Below are positions 39,026 to 48,685 of a stretch of 64,000 nt of DNA, piece by piece (position 1 is the stretch's first letter; every line of letters begins with the position of its first letter). The notes under the pieces are model-generated. The model was not told where the DNA came from. It searched no databases and saw nothing but the letters and a program-made list of their open reading frames with translations. The position numbers and the translations under genes were made by a program. Origin of the DNA: a virus; the IMG/VR virus record IMGVR_UViG_3300033388_002987, positions 32,001-96,000 of that record. The stretch is one strand, 5' to 3'.

Positions 39026-41188
39026 ATGGTAGAACTCGTAGACAATAGGCAACACCTCATCATTAAACGTAATGGTGAAGCCGTTCCGTATGACTATATG
39101 AAAATGTATAATGTGTTATTATGGGCCTGCGAGGATAACACTACCCTTGCAGACTCCCTAACAGATGCACTTAACATAAAAATCTATAATAGGATGCCAA
39201 TATCCGTACTAGTAGACGAAGTAATTGATACAGTATCAAATATGACATCTATGATTACACCTCAATATGACGACGTAGCTAAACGCCTTTACCTCCAAAA
39301 GATGTATAAGGAAATGTATAACATGCGACGTTGTCAGTACCCAAAGTACACTGACGTAATTGACAGCCTTATAGATAATAATAAAATAATTGATATAACA
39401 TCAATACTATCCGAAGATGAGTTAACACGTCTAGGCGATGCCATAGTCCCTGAAAGGGACTTAGCATCTACTTACCTAGGCCTTAATTTATTCTTTGACA
39501 AGTACAGCTTTAAGTTCAATGGACTACCTGTAGAACTTCTACAACACGGATTCATGAGACTTGCAATCCAAGGCTTCTTATACGAAGATGAGGCAGAACG
39601 CGTAGACCTAATAATTCAACGCTACAACGACTTATCAACATTCGTCTACACAGAAGCAACTCCAAAATGGCTTAATAGCTTAACATCTGACGCCCAGATG
39701 GCATCTTGCTGCTTACACCAAATGCCTGACAATTCTGAAGGTATTAACAAAGTAGTAGCTGATATTGGGCAATACTCTCGCCACGGTGGTGGCAACGCAG
39801 TTGACGTCAGTACACTTAGAGCTAAAGGCTCTGCAATAGGAATAGCTGGTAAGTCCTCAGGACCAATACCTTTTATCCAAAAAGTAGAGGCTTCAATTAC
39901 AGCTTATAACCAACTAGGTGCTAGACCAGGAGCATGTGTAGCAACATTTCAATGGTGGCATGCAGACGTACTTGAGCTCCTTGAGCTCAAGGACGAAGGT
40001 GGTAACGAATCTAAACGTGCTCGTAAACTTCAATACTCAATTAAACTTAACCGCATTTTTCTCCGTAGGCTACAACAAGGTGAAGACATTACCCTGTTCG
40101 ACCCTAAAGTAGCTGTCAAACTACTTACCTTATATGGAGTAGAATTTGATGAAGAATACGAACGCCTTGAAAAAGATGGTTATGGTACAACAGTAATCAC
40201 AGCCGCGGAGCTTGGCTATATTATTGCTAAAATACGTGCTGAGACTGGAAACCTTTATATCTTCTTTGATGAGAACTCTAACGAGCAATCTCCATTTAAA
40301 GAAAAGATTAACCAATCAAACTTGTGTCAAGAAATACACCTCCCTACGGTCGCTGCAGAGCACCTAGGGGACGAACTAACTCTTAACTTGAGTACTCAGT
40401 CCTATGAGACTACAACGCGCTCTAAAGCAGGTCTACTAGCTCTGTGTAACTTATCTAGTATCAATGTATCCAAATGGGCTAACATGAACTCAGATGAGCG
40501 TCATACCTCAGCTTATAACTTGCTTCGCGCAAGTGATAACCTCATAGACTGGCAATACTACCCTGTAAAAGATGGTGAGATGTTTAATCGTAACTACCGT
40601 GCAATAGGCATAGGCCAAAACAACTTGGCTTACCACTTTGCTAGTCAAGGCATTAAGTACTCTGACCCTGAAGCATTATCGGAAATGGACTTAATTAGTT
40701 CATCTATGAAAAATGTATTCACTGAAGAATCAGCTAAGCTTGCAGGAGAACGTGGAAATTTCCCGTTCTTTCACAAGACTAACCTCACTAAGCCTTCTCG
40801 CTTTAGTACATTATTTGCAATTGCACCAACTGCTACTTCTAGTATTATTATTGGAGCAACTGAAGGTATAGAGCCTGTAGCTAATTTAATTAGCGAGAAA
40901 ACAGGTACTTACTCTAACAAGCAATTAGCACCAGATTTAGTAAACTTACGTGGTGAATACGAACTAGCGTTTGATGTCCCAACTAAAGCTTTATATGATC
41001 TAGCCGCTATACGTCAAGAAGTATTACTAGACCAGGGTCAATCAATCAATACTTATGTAACAACCACTGATAGTGCTTATGAAGTACTATCAGACATTAT
41101 ATATGCTGAAAAAGTTGGCCTGAAATCCCTGTACTACCTTCAATCCAAAAACTCTGAAGTGGAGGTTTGTGAATCATGTGCGAGTTAG
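39026..41188 (+). CDS. nrdA: Class I ribonucleotide reductase alpha subunit with ATP cone
   Basis: IIKRNG ATP cone, MASCC, SNLCQEI, LCNLSSIN, AIAPTATSS, SLYYL and terminal CESCAS. Confidence 0.95.
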   Translation: MVELVDNRQHLIIKRNGEAVPYDYMKMYNVLLWACEDNTTLADSLTDALNIKIYNRMPISVLVDEVIDTVSNMTSMITPQYDDVAKRLYLQKMYKEMYNMRRCQYPKYTDVIDSLIDNNKIIDITSILSEDELTRLGDAIVPERDLASTYLGLNLFFDKYSFKFNGLPVELLQHGFMRLAIQGFLYEDEAERVDLIIQRYNDLSTFVYTEATPKWLNSLTSDAQMASCCLHQMPDNSEGINKVVADIGQYSRHGGGNAVDVSTLRAKGSAIGIAGKSSGPIPFIQKVEASITAYNQLGARPGACVATFQWWHADVLELLELKDEGGNESKRARKLQYSIKLNRIFLRRLQQGEDITLFDPKVAVKLLTLYGVEFDEEYERLEKDGYGTTVITAAELGYIIAKIRAETGNLYIFFDENSNEQSPFKEKINQSNLCQEIHLPTVAAEHLGDELTLNLSTQSYETTTRSKAGLLALCNLSSINVSKWANMNSDERHTSAYNLLRASDNLIDWQYYPVKDGEMFNRNYRAIGIGQNNLAYHFASQGIKYSDPEALSEMDLISSSMKNVFTEESAKLAGERGNFPFFHKTNLTKPSRFSTLFAIAPTATSSIIIGATEGIEPVANLISEKTGTYSNKQLAPDLVNLRGEYELAFDVPTKALYDLAAIRQEVLLDQGQSINTYVTTTDSAYEVLSDIIYAEKVGLKSLYYLQSKNSEVEVCESCAS

Positions 41189-41261
41189 CAGATAAAGCAA
41201 CAACAGTTGTTTCAACATTAAGTGACTCATATGAAGTTGCTGATACATCTAAGGAGTCTAA

Positions 41262-42320
41262 GTGAATAACAACATAATAAACATAAAAACTAAGCCAACA
41301 TCTAACCCACTATTTGGTGGACAAGAAGGTGGTATATTTCTTAGAACAGACAAAGTTGAATACCCAATATATAAAAGCCTCTATGAGGCTGCCTTTGGTA
41401 AGTTCTGGACTGTTAAAATGATTGACTTCTCAGCAGACTCTCTCGGATTCACTACACTACCGGAGGTAGCACAACGAATGTTCAAGCTTAATAATGGCTA
41501 CCAATCTCTAATGGACTCAGGTGTTGTAAACATCTATAATCTATTAGCAATGTCTACAACCAACCCTGAGCTTGCAATGATATACCAATATATTGCTCAA
41601 AACGAATCTATTCACGCCATCAGTTACTCTGAAGGGCTTATAGAAATGTTTGGTGATAAAGCTACGGAAGTTATAGACATCGTCTATAGCGACCCAGTAA
41701 TTAAAACACGCTTACAATCCGAGGTGGATTTCGCAGAGCAATTAGACCCTAAAGATATGCAAAGCATATTCAAGGTAGTAGTTGCTGCATATTTACTGGA
41801 ACACGTAAAATTCCCTTTCAGCTTCTTCGTTACATTTAGAATCAACAACGCATATAACAATGCCGTTAATGGTTTCTCTATGTTACTTAAAAAGATTGCT
41901 GAAGATGAAATGGAAATCCACTATCCTACGAATGCTAACGTCATCAAAGATATGATACGCTCTGGTCTTGTAGATAAAAAGTGGGCTCAAGAGTTCATTG
42001 CTACAGAAGCTCACAAAGTTCTCCTTGGAGAACTTGAGTGGAATAAGTACCTTCAACAAGATGGTCCTATACCAGGCTACAACGAGTCAATCGGTGATGC
42101 CTTTATACTATATCAATACAACAAAGCTATACGTGATGTTGGTATTGATGTAGAGCCTGTTCGTCCTAACGATACTATAACTTGGTTTAATCACTACCGT
42201 GATATTAGCAACCAAGTTGTTGCTCAGCAGGAAATGAAGGGTAATAGTTACCAAAAAGGAATCTTAAAGAATGACCTTAATCGTTTTACTAAAGATTTAG
42301 CAAAGGATATAAATGTCTAA
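41262..42320 (+). CDS. nrdB: Class Ia ribonucleotide reductase beta subunit
   Basis: LMDSG, QNESIHAISY (radical Tyr), LEHVKF..SF and IAEDEMEIH. Confidence 0.92.
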   Translation: MNNNIINIKTKPTSNPLFGGQEGGIFLRTDKVEYPIYKSLYEAAFGKFWTVKMIDFSADSLGFTTLPEVAQRMFKLNNGYQSLMDSGVVNIYNLLAMSTTNPELAMIYQYIAQNESIHAISYSEGLIEMFGDKATEVIDIVYSDPVIKTRLQSEVDFAEQLDPKDMQSIFKVVVAAYLLEHVKFPFSFFVTFRINNAYNNAVNGFSMLLKKIAEDEMEIHYPTNANVIKDMIRSGLVDKKWAQEFIATEAHKVLLGELEWNKYLQQDGPIPGYNESIGDAFILYQYNKAIRDVGIDVEPVRPNDTITWFNHYRDISNQVVAQQEMKGNSYQKGILKNDLNRFTKDLAKDINV

Positions 42321-42636
42321 TCATTTTAATAAGCTAACGCCAGCGGAAGCTGAGCGTTTAGCAATACTTGTAGAAGAATGTGGTGAAGTAATCCACATGT
42401 GTGGGAAAATACTACGCCATGGTTATGAGTCCTATAACCCATACGACCCTAGCTGCACAACTAACAGAACACTTCTAGCTTATGAGTTAGGTGATCTAAC
42501 CTACCATATTAAAGAAGTACGTGGCATGGATATGTACTCTAATGTGGTAGATGGCGCTGAGCAAATGCGTAATGAAAAGGTAAAGAAATTCACACACCAC
42601 CAGGAGTATTCAAATGAAACTACCAACTCTATATAA
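42313..42636 (+). CDS. MazG-like NTP pyrophosphohydrolase
   Basis: LVEECGEVI..LAYELGDL. Confidence 0.7.
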   Translation: MSNHFNKLTPAEAERLAILVEECGEVIHMCGKILRHGYESYNPYDPSCTTNRTLLAYELGDLTYHIKEVRGMDMYSNVVDGAEQMRNEKVKKFTHHQEYSNETTNSI

Positions 42637-43702
42637 AATCTCCACAACAGGTGCTACACAAATCATTGATATGGAAATTATTGATGCTGTGTACACACGT
42701 ACGTGGGGACAATTAGATGGCAAGATGCAGACTAAAGCAACTACTGCTAAAGGTAAGAACCTTGGAAAATCCAATGAATCTACACCTGCAGAGCAAGCTA
42801 TCTTAGAAGCTGAGGCAGTGTGGACTAAAAAGCAAAAGGCTAATTATTCCACATCTCAATCAGCGCCTGTAGCAGTAAACCTTCCTATGAAGGTTAAGTC
42901 ATTACTAGACCAAATCAAGAACGTTGTGTACCCATGTGTAAGTACTCCTAAGCTTAACGGTGTAAACAGTACTTATCGCTTAGTGAACAACATCCTAACT
43001 CTAACAAGTCGTGGTGGTGAAACTTACCATTCAATCCCTCACCTCGAAGACGAGGTTCGTGAAGCAATGACCCAACTACACTCAACTGAGCTAAATGGTG
43101 AACTGTACATCCACGGAGAACATCTCCAAGATATCACATCAGCAGTAAAAAAGCCTAAGGAGTTATCTAAACGTCTAACGTTTAATATCTTCGACATAGC
43201 TGACTCTACTGCTGATTATGAAACTCGTCGTGAACTTATGCTTGATGCAGAGGCTATACTACTTGAAGATTCTAAAGTTCTATACCTTACTGGCCTAGAC
43301 TGTGATTCGATGTATGACATCGAAGTGCACTACAACCAATGTATGGAAGCAGGACTTGAGGGTACTGTTGTAAAGAACCTTAACGGTCTTTATAAATACA
43401 ATACTAGAAGTACTGCTCAATTCAAGTACAAGAAAACTCAGGATGCTGAGTTCTTAGTATGTGGCTATGAGATTGACAAGAATGGACATGCTGTATTTAA
43501 GTGTGTAGTAGACTCCTTCACTTTTAAGGTAAAACTTAAAGGTACTAACGAAGAACGATTAGCAATGGCAGCTGACGCTGACAACTACATCGGGAAACAC
43601 TTAAAGGTTGAATACGAGATGCTGTCGAAAGATGGAATCCCGTTAAAACCAGTCGGTATTATTTTTAGAAAGGTAGACGAGAATGGTGAAGCAATTGAGT
43701 AA
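42614..43702 (+). CDS. ATP-dependent DNA ligase
   Basis: Motif I PKLNG, LNGELY, FNIFD, GLEGTVVK, FKYK and an OB-fold tail. Confidence 0.9.
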   Translation: MKLPTLYKISTTGATQIIDMEIIDAVYTRTWGQLDGKMQTKATTAKGKNLGKSNESTPAEQAILEAEAVWTKKQKANYSTSQSAPVAVNLPMKVKSLLDQIKNVVYPCVSTPKLNGVNSTYRLVNNILTLTSRGGETYHSIPHLEDEVREAMTQLHSTELNGELYIHGEHLQDITSAVKKPKELSKRLTFNIFDIADSTADYETRRELMLDAEAILLEDSKVLYLTGLDCDSMYDIEVHYNQCMEAGLEGTVVKNLNGLYKYNTRSTAQFKYKKTQDAEFLVCGYEIDKNGHAVFKCVVDSFTFKVKLKGTNEERLAMAADADNYIGKHLKVEYEMLSKDGIPLKPVGIIFRKVDENGEAIE

Positions 43703-44270
43703 TCCAGTACTAATCCTGACAGGCTTCTCCGGAGCCGGTAAGGATACAATAGCAGAAGCTTTGCGTGCAAAAGGTTACCACTCAGTCATACCTCACTCAA
43801 CACGCCCTATGCGTGATGGTGAGTGTGAAGGTAATCCTTACAACTTTATAACACACGATAAGTTTTATTCTATGATAGACAGTAACCAATTCGCTGAACA
43901 TAATAACTACACTACCATGTTCAATGGTGTCTCAGAACAACAGTACTATGGTACATCATACACAGCCTTAGAGGCGTTCAGTAACACTGTACTCACATGT
44001 GGTGTGCAGAGTTCTATCGCCTTGAAAGATAACCTTGAAGGTAGTGCTACACTAGTCTTTATAACAGTACCTGATGACGTGCGTGAAGAACGTGCACGTG
44101 TGAGAGGCTCATTCGACAAGGTTGAATGGGACAATCGTATGACACAAGACCGTGCCTTCCGAAAACAAACTAATATAGATGAGCTATCAGATATACAGGT
44201 TTCAAACGTTGGCATAATCGACGAGGTAGTTACAGCTATCTTAAAACAACTACCTAACAAAGGAAACTAA
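43683..44270 (+). CDS. Guanylate kinase-like nucleoside monophosphate kinase
   Basis: GFSGAGKD, HSTRPMRDGE and YYGT. Confidence 0.85.
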   Translation: MVKQLSNPVLILTGFSGAGKDTIAEALRAKGYHSVIPHSTRPMRDGECEGNPYNFITHDKFYSMIDSNQFAEHNNYTTMFNGVSEQQYYGTSYTALEAFSNTVLTCGVQSSIALKDNLEGSATLVFITVPDDVREERARVRGSFDKVEWDNRMTQDRAFRKQTNIDELSDIQVSNVGIIDEVVTAILKQLPNKGN

Positions 44271-44882
44271 ATGGAAGAAATAATGATGCCAATGGCTGGA
44301 CCAGCTAAGCACTCAGTTTGGGACAATTATGTTCCTATACTACAAAGAGATAGGCACACTGATGTGTACCTATCTGACACTATAGAAGGACCACAAGAGT
44401 ACAATCACTTATGTCACATCTTATACTCAGCGCACAAAGGTGATACAATCGCCTTACACATCAACAATGGTGGTGGCTATGTAGATGCTGGCTTCATGAT
44501 AATTGATGCTATCAAAGCCTCTAAAGCAGTCGTCACAGCTAAACTAACAGGTACTGTTGGCTCAATATCTACTATGATCACACTAGCGTGTGATGAGCTT
44601 GAGATGGCTGACAACACTGGTTGGTTATCACATAACTACTCCGGTGGAGTACAAGGTAAAGGTGGAGAAATGAAAGCCCAAATGGAATTCATGGCAGCAG
44701 AACTTGCAGCTACCTTTACTAGTATACACACAGGATTCTTCACAGACGACGAAATCAGCAACATCATCGACGATAAAGACATGTGGATGAATAAAACTGA
44801 AGTAGTCGGTCGCTGGAATGCTCGTAAGAAAAAGGACCTAAAAGCTCTAAAAGAGATTGAGGCTACCAGGAAGGCTAAATAA
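44271..44882 (+). CDS. ClpP-like serine protease
   Basis: INNGGGYV, GTVGSIST (Ser), SHNYSGG (His) and KDMWM. Confidence 0.8.
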   Translation: MEEIMMPMAGPAKHSVWDNYVPILQRDRHTDVYLSDTIEGPQEYNHLCHILYSAHKGDTIALHINNGGGYVDAGFMIIDAIKASKAVVTAKLTGTVGSISTMITLACDELEMADNTGWLSHNYSGGVQGKGGEMKAQMEFMAAELAATFTSIHTGFFTDDEISNIIDDKDMWMNKTEVVGRWNARKKKDLKALKEIEATRKAK

Positions 44883-45109
44883 TGTTTGATAATACGGAAT
44901 ATGTATTTCCTCCAAAAAGGTATATTGACCCTTCAGACCTTGTAAAGGATCTTGATACCAGTGCACAAAACTGGGCAAGAGCCTTTATGGGTACTATAGC
45001 AAGAGGTCATTTCACTCGTAATGACATAGACGAAGGTCTTATGATAAGTTGGTTTGCCAGTGCTATTGAAACTACAAAAGATGCTGTGCATAGCGAGAGG
45101 ACTAAATAG
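44882..45109 (+). CDS. Hypothetical protein
   Basis: Coupled ORF. Confidence 0.55.
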   Translation: MFDNTEYVFPPKRYIDPSDLVKDLDTSAQNWARAFMGTIARGHFTRNDIDEGLMISWFASAIETTKDAVHSERTK

Positions 45110-46486
45110 ATGCAATACCTATGTCTTGATACTAACATTCCACTATTAGATGCTAATCACATACTAGAACTAGGCTCTCAGCCAGATACTATAATAGTAC
45201 TTCCTGAAACGGTCCTAGATGAGCTAGACGCTAAGAAGTCTGGCCTAGGTGAACTTGCCTACCAGGCACGTTCCTTTGGCCGTATGATTGCTAGTTGTGA
45301 GCATCCTGAGCGTGCTAAGCACGACAACATGATAATATCTAAATTCAAGCATAATAATGTATCCATATGGATTGTTTCCCTAGATAAATATCCTGATTTC
45401 AAAGATGTGGCTTCTAACGTCCTCAACGATAGAAAGATAATAGAAGTAGCTTTGCAATTTGCTGGGCACTATCAACCTGTTACCTTTGTATCAAATGATG
45501 TAATGTGCCGTATACGTGCTGACTCTCTAGGTCTTAAAGTAACTGATTTCAAAGTAGTCGACAAGGTCGATTACGAGTTCACTAAAACCCTAGAAGTCTC
45601 CGAAGGAACCTTTAGAACCCTTCATAATAGAAGCATCTTAGAAGTAGACCCTCAGCATTTGATAGAACATTACAACTACAAGTTTACTACGCCTGCCTCC
45701 GCGCAAGTAAAACTTGCTTCGATTAATAACGATACAATAAACATCTTAGGAAAAGATTCAGAACAAGAGCTTCGTCGTCAAGACGTTAATCCCTCTAATG
45801 CTGATCAATTATTGTTGTCTCGTGCTATTCAAGATCCCACTATGGATATGATTGTATGTGAAGCCAAAGCCGGGTCAGGTAAAACTCTAGTAAGTATCTC
45901 TAATGCAATACGCCTTGTAAAGACTAATACTCCTTATAAATCAATTGTGTACGTTAGAGTATCAGTTAACGATGTTGAAAAGATCGAGGAAGTAGGATTT
46001 CTACCTGGTACAGCTGATGAGAAGAATGCTGTCTATTTCCATCCTTTATATGACTCCTTAGACTATATTGCTCGCAGTAAGTTCAAAGGCAAGTCTATGA
46101 AGTCTAAAGACTTAGACGCTAAGGTTGAAGAAGAAGTTGCAAAGCTTATTGAAGACTGTAGCATCTCAGCAATGACTGGTTTAGGTATGCGTGGACGAAC
46201 GTTCAACGACACTGTTTTCATCTTTGATGAAATAGGTAATGCCTCTAAACCATCACTTCAAAAAATCCTTACACGTATTGGTAAAAACTGTAAAGCTATT
46301 ATCATTGGGTCTAACAACCAAATAGATAATCCTAATATGACTAAGTTCACCAATGGGCTTAGCGTAATACTAAATGACTGTGCAACTCAAACTGGTGGTA
46401 TCAACAAACATGTTGTGCCATTAGAAAGAGTAGTAAGGTCGGACTTCGCAGAGTATGCGGAGAATCTATTTAGTAAGGAGGTCTAA
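45110..46486 (+). CDS. phoH: PIN-PhoH (PhoH2-like) protein
   Basis: PIN LDTNI..ELD..K..ND..SND; PhoH AKAGSGKT, FLPG, MRGRT, FDE, LTRIG and VVRS. Confidence 0.9.
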   Translation: MQYLCLDTNIPLLDANHILELGSQPDTIIVLPETVLDELDAKKSGLGELAYQARSFGRMIASCEHPERAKHDNMIISKFKHNNVSIWIVSLDKYPDFKDVASNVLNDRKIIEVALQFAGHYQPVTFVSNDVMCRIRADSLGLKVTDFKVVDKVDYEFTKTLEVSEGTFRTLHNRSILEVDPQHLIEHYNYKFTTPASAQVKLASINNDTINILGKDSEQELRRQDVNPSNADQLLLSRAIQDPTMDMIVCEAKAGSGKTLVSISNAIRLVKTNTPYKSIVYVRVSVNDVEKIEEVGFLPGTADEKNAVYFHPLYDSLDYIARSKFKGKSMKSKDLDAKVEEEVAKLIEDCSISAMTGLGMRGRTFNDTVFIFDEIGNASKPSLQKILTRIGKNCKAIIIGSNNQIDNPNMTKFTNGLSVILNDCATQTGGINKHVVPLERVVRSDFAEYAENLFSKEV

Positions 46487-46803
46487 TGGGAGTACTAGTA
46501 ATAGCACTAGGCTTTGCCGTGCTATTTCAATTCATTATTCTACGCATCAAGTGGAATAAGGGGCACTACGCAGACGTAGGTGTTGATATACTAATGCTTG
46601 CTATCTTAAATAGTGTCTTTGGTGGGTCCATACTAGGGGTTATAAGTGCTACAGCTGGATCAACGCTGATAAGCCTTTACCTAATATGGTATCCTATAAA
46701 GCTTTTCGACGATAGTCGTAAACAACAGGATGGTAGTAGTTCACCTCCTTCACAAACTCAAGCTCAGTCAATGGCTGATAAGTTTGATAGTTTGTTCAAT
46801 TAA
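46486..46803 (+). CDS. Membrane protein
   Basis: Two to three hydrophobic helices. Confidence 0.6.
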   Translation: MGVLVIALGFAVLFQFIILRIKWNKGHYADVGVDILMLAILNSVFGGSILGVISATAGSTLISLYLIWYPIKLFDDSRKQQDGSSSPPSQTQAQSMADKFDSLFN

Positions 46804-46812
46804 ATCAAAGGA

Positions 46813-47106
46813 ATGCATATGGCATTTAAAGAATACAGAAGTGACGACGTAGCAGCTTACGTAGATGCCTCAGTTTCCAGTTTACTGGAAATGTTAGAGG
46901 CTGCACTAGCTGACGATAAGCCTTCAGAAAATGTAGAGGAAACTCCTACAGTAGACCCAACATCTGATACATTAGGAAATAAGGCTAGGACACTTGTACA
47001 TAAAACACTAGACCAGCTACTTTCTGGTGATATAGTCCTGGAAAACGCACAAGAATTAATCGCTACTATACAAGCTGTACGTGATGTACAAACAGTAGGC
47101 AACTAA
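46813..47106 (+). CDS. Hypothetical protein
   Basis: AAAGGA RBS. Confidence 0.6.
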   Translation: MHMAFKEYRSDDVAAYVDASVSSLLEMLEAALADDKPSENVEETPTVDPTSDTLGNKARTLVHKTLDQLLSGDIVLENAQELIATIQAVRDVQTVGN

Positions 47107-47579
47107 TGTCTACTTTAATAGAAGACATACACACCTTCAACGAGAAAGCAGACTTATTAGGTAAAGGAATGGATTCCTTCATGGAAACAGCCTTTATCTT
47201 AGAAGAAGCAGTGGAAGGCTATGAAGACGTATTTAATATGCCTGAAGACCCTAAAGCTCCTGTAGTAACAGCTCGCTCATGGGCCCTAGGCTTCCTTAAC
47301 CAAGTTAAAGAAGCTAAAGAGTCTCGTGGGTTACCAATGCCGGCCGAAGTTGACGAAGTCGACAAGGCAATAGATGGCGTTGTTTTCAACATAGGTAAAC
47401 TAGCTAAGATGGACTTATCAGTAGACCAAATTGAACGTATGTTCAAAGTGGTCTCAGGATGTAACATGGCTAAACTAGATGGCCCTAAGGATGAGCATGG
47501 TAAACAGCTTAAACCAGAGGGTTGGACAGGCCCTGAACCAGAACTTCAAAAGATTCTGGATGAACGTAAGGACACATAA
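47106..47579 (+). CDS. MazG-superfamily pyrophosphatase (DR2231/PRA-PH-like)
   Basis: ILEEAVE, DKAID, NMAKL and GKQLKPEGW. Confidence 0.75.
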   Translation: MSTLIEDIHTFNEKADLLGKGMDSFMETAFILEEAVEGYEDVFNMPEDPKAPVVTARSWALGFLNQVKEAKESRGLPMPAEVDEVDKAIDGVVFNIGKLAKMDLSVDQIERMFKVVSGCNMAKLDGPKDEHGKQLKPEGWTGPEPELQKILDERKDT

Positions 47580-47776
47580 TGGCACCAGCCGATACAATAA
47601 TAGACGACCCCATCCTAAACGAGGAGTCTCAACCAGCTGATGCAGAACTAGCTAGAGGTCTTAAACTAACCTCCCAGGCTATGATGCGTAAGAAGGCGGA
47701 AGCAAGTGAAAAAGCATTAAAAGGCTTATACGTAGACTGGGCTTTCGATAAGCTTAATCTAACTGAATATCGTTAG
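47579..47776 (+). CDS. Hypothetical protein
   Basis: Coupled ORF followed by the hairpin GGACTCTC-ATA-GAGGGTCT. Confidence 0.55.
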   Translation: MAPADTIIDDPILNEESQPADAELARGLKLTSQAMMRKKAEASEKALKGLYVDWAFDKLNLTEYR

Positions 47777-47905
47777 GTATATAGGACTCTCATAGAGGGT
47801 CTTATTATACTTGACATAAACCTTAAGGTACGAAACTATGACTATATGTTAAGGTACTACTAAGTTACTTCCATTATAATAAGGCTTCATTCAAAGGAAG
47901 GTATT

Positions 47906-48676
47906 ATGCCAAAACTAAAAACCACAGAAGAGTTCATAGCAGATGCTATAAAAGTTCACGGAATTACCTATGACTACAGTAATGTATCTTATAGTAATTC
48001 TCATACGAAGGTTGACATTATATGTAGCATACATGGTGTATTCAGTATGAAACCGTGTAACCACACTACCTCAAAGCAAGGGTGTGCTAAGTGTGCTGGT
48101 AACATACAGCTAACTACTACTGAGTTTATTGAGAAGGCAGTTGCTGTGCACGGTAACAAGTACAGTTATGACAAAGTAGAGTATACTACTTCACATAACA
48201 CAGTGACTATAGAATGTAACGTGCATGGTGATTTTGAGCAGCAAGCGTATGTACATTTACAAGGGCATGGCTGTCACCCGTGTGGTTCTAAAGAAGCAGG
48301 TTTAAAAAATCAATATAACCCTGATATATGGACATATAGAGGGTGGGACGAGGCTGGTAGAAGTTCTAAAAACTTTACTGGGTACTCTATGTATATACTG
48401 AGATGTATTGGTAAGGATGAAGAATTTTTTAAAATTGGGAAAACATTTATGCCTTTAAATAGGCGCTTTTCTGGTCCCACTGCACTGCCTTACACGTGGA
48501 GTAGCCTACACAGTATTACAGGTGACTCCTTGTACATAAGTACACTAGAGGAGTACCTCCACCGAGAGTTACGCAATTTCAAGTATGTACCTGCAAAACC
48601 ATTTAACGGATGTAAAGAGTGTTACAATGCAGACATACTTGATAACTACATAAAATTAATTGATAAATTTAAATAA
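47906..48676 (+). CDS. Putative homing endonuclease: two DUF723-like Zn repeats plus a GIY-YIG-like domain
   Basis: YDYSNVSY..ICSIHG..GCAKC repeated, then MYILRC..FFKIGKT..LE..ECY. Confidence 0.75.
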   Translation: MPKLKTTEEFIADAIKVHGITYDYSNVSYSNSHTKVDIICSIHGVFSMKPCNHTTSKQGCAKCAGNIQLTTTEFIEKAVAVHGNKYSYDKVEYTTSHNTVTIECNVHGDFEQQAYVHLQGHGCHPCGSKEAGLKNQYNPDIWTYRGWDEAGRSSKNFTGYSMYILRCIGKDEEFFKIGKTFMPLNRRFSGPTALPYTWSSLHSITGDSLYISTLEEYLHRELRNFKYVPAKPFNGCKECYNADILDNYIKLIDKFK

Positions 48677-48685
48677 GGAACCTAT

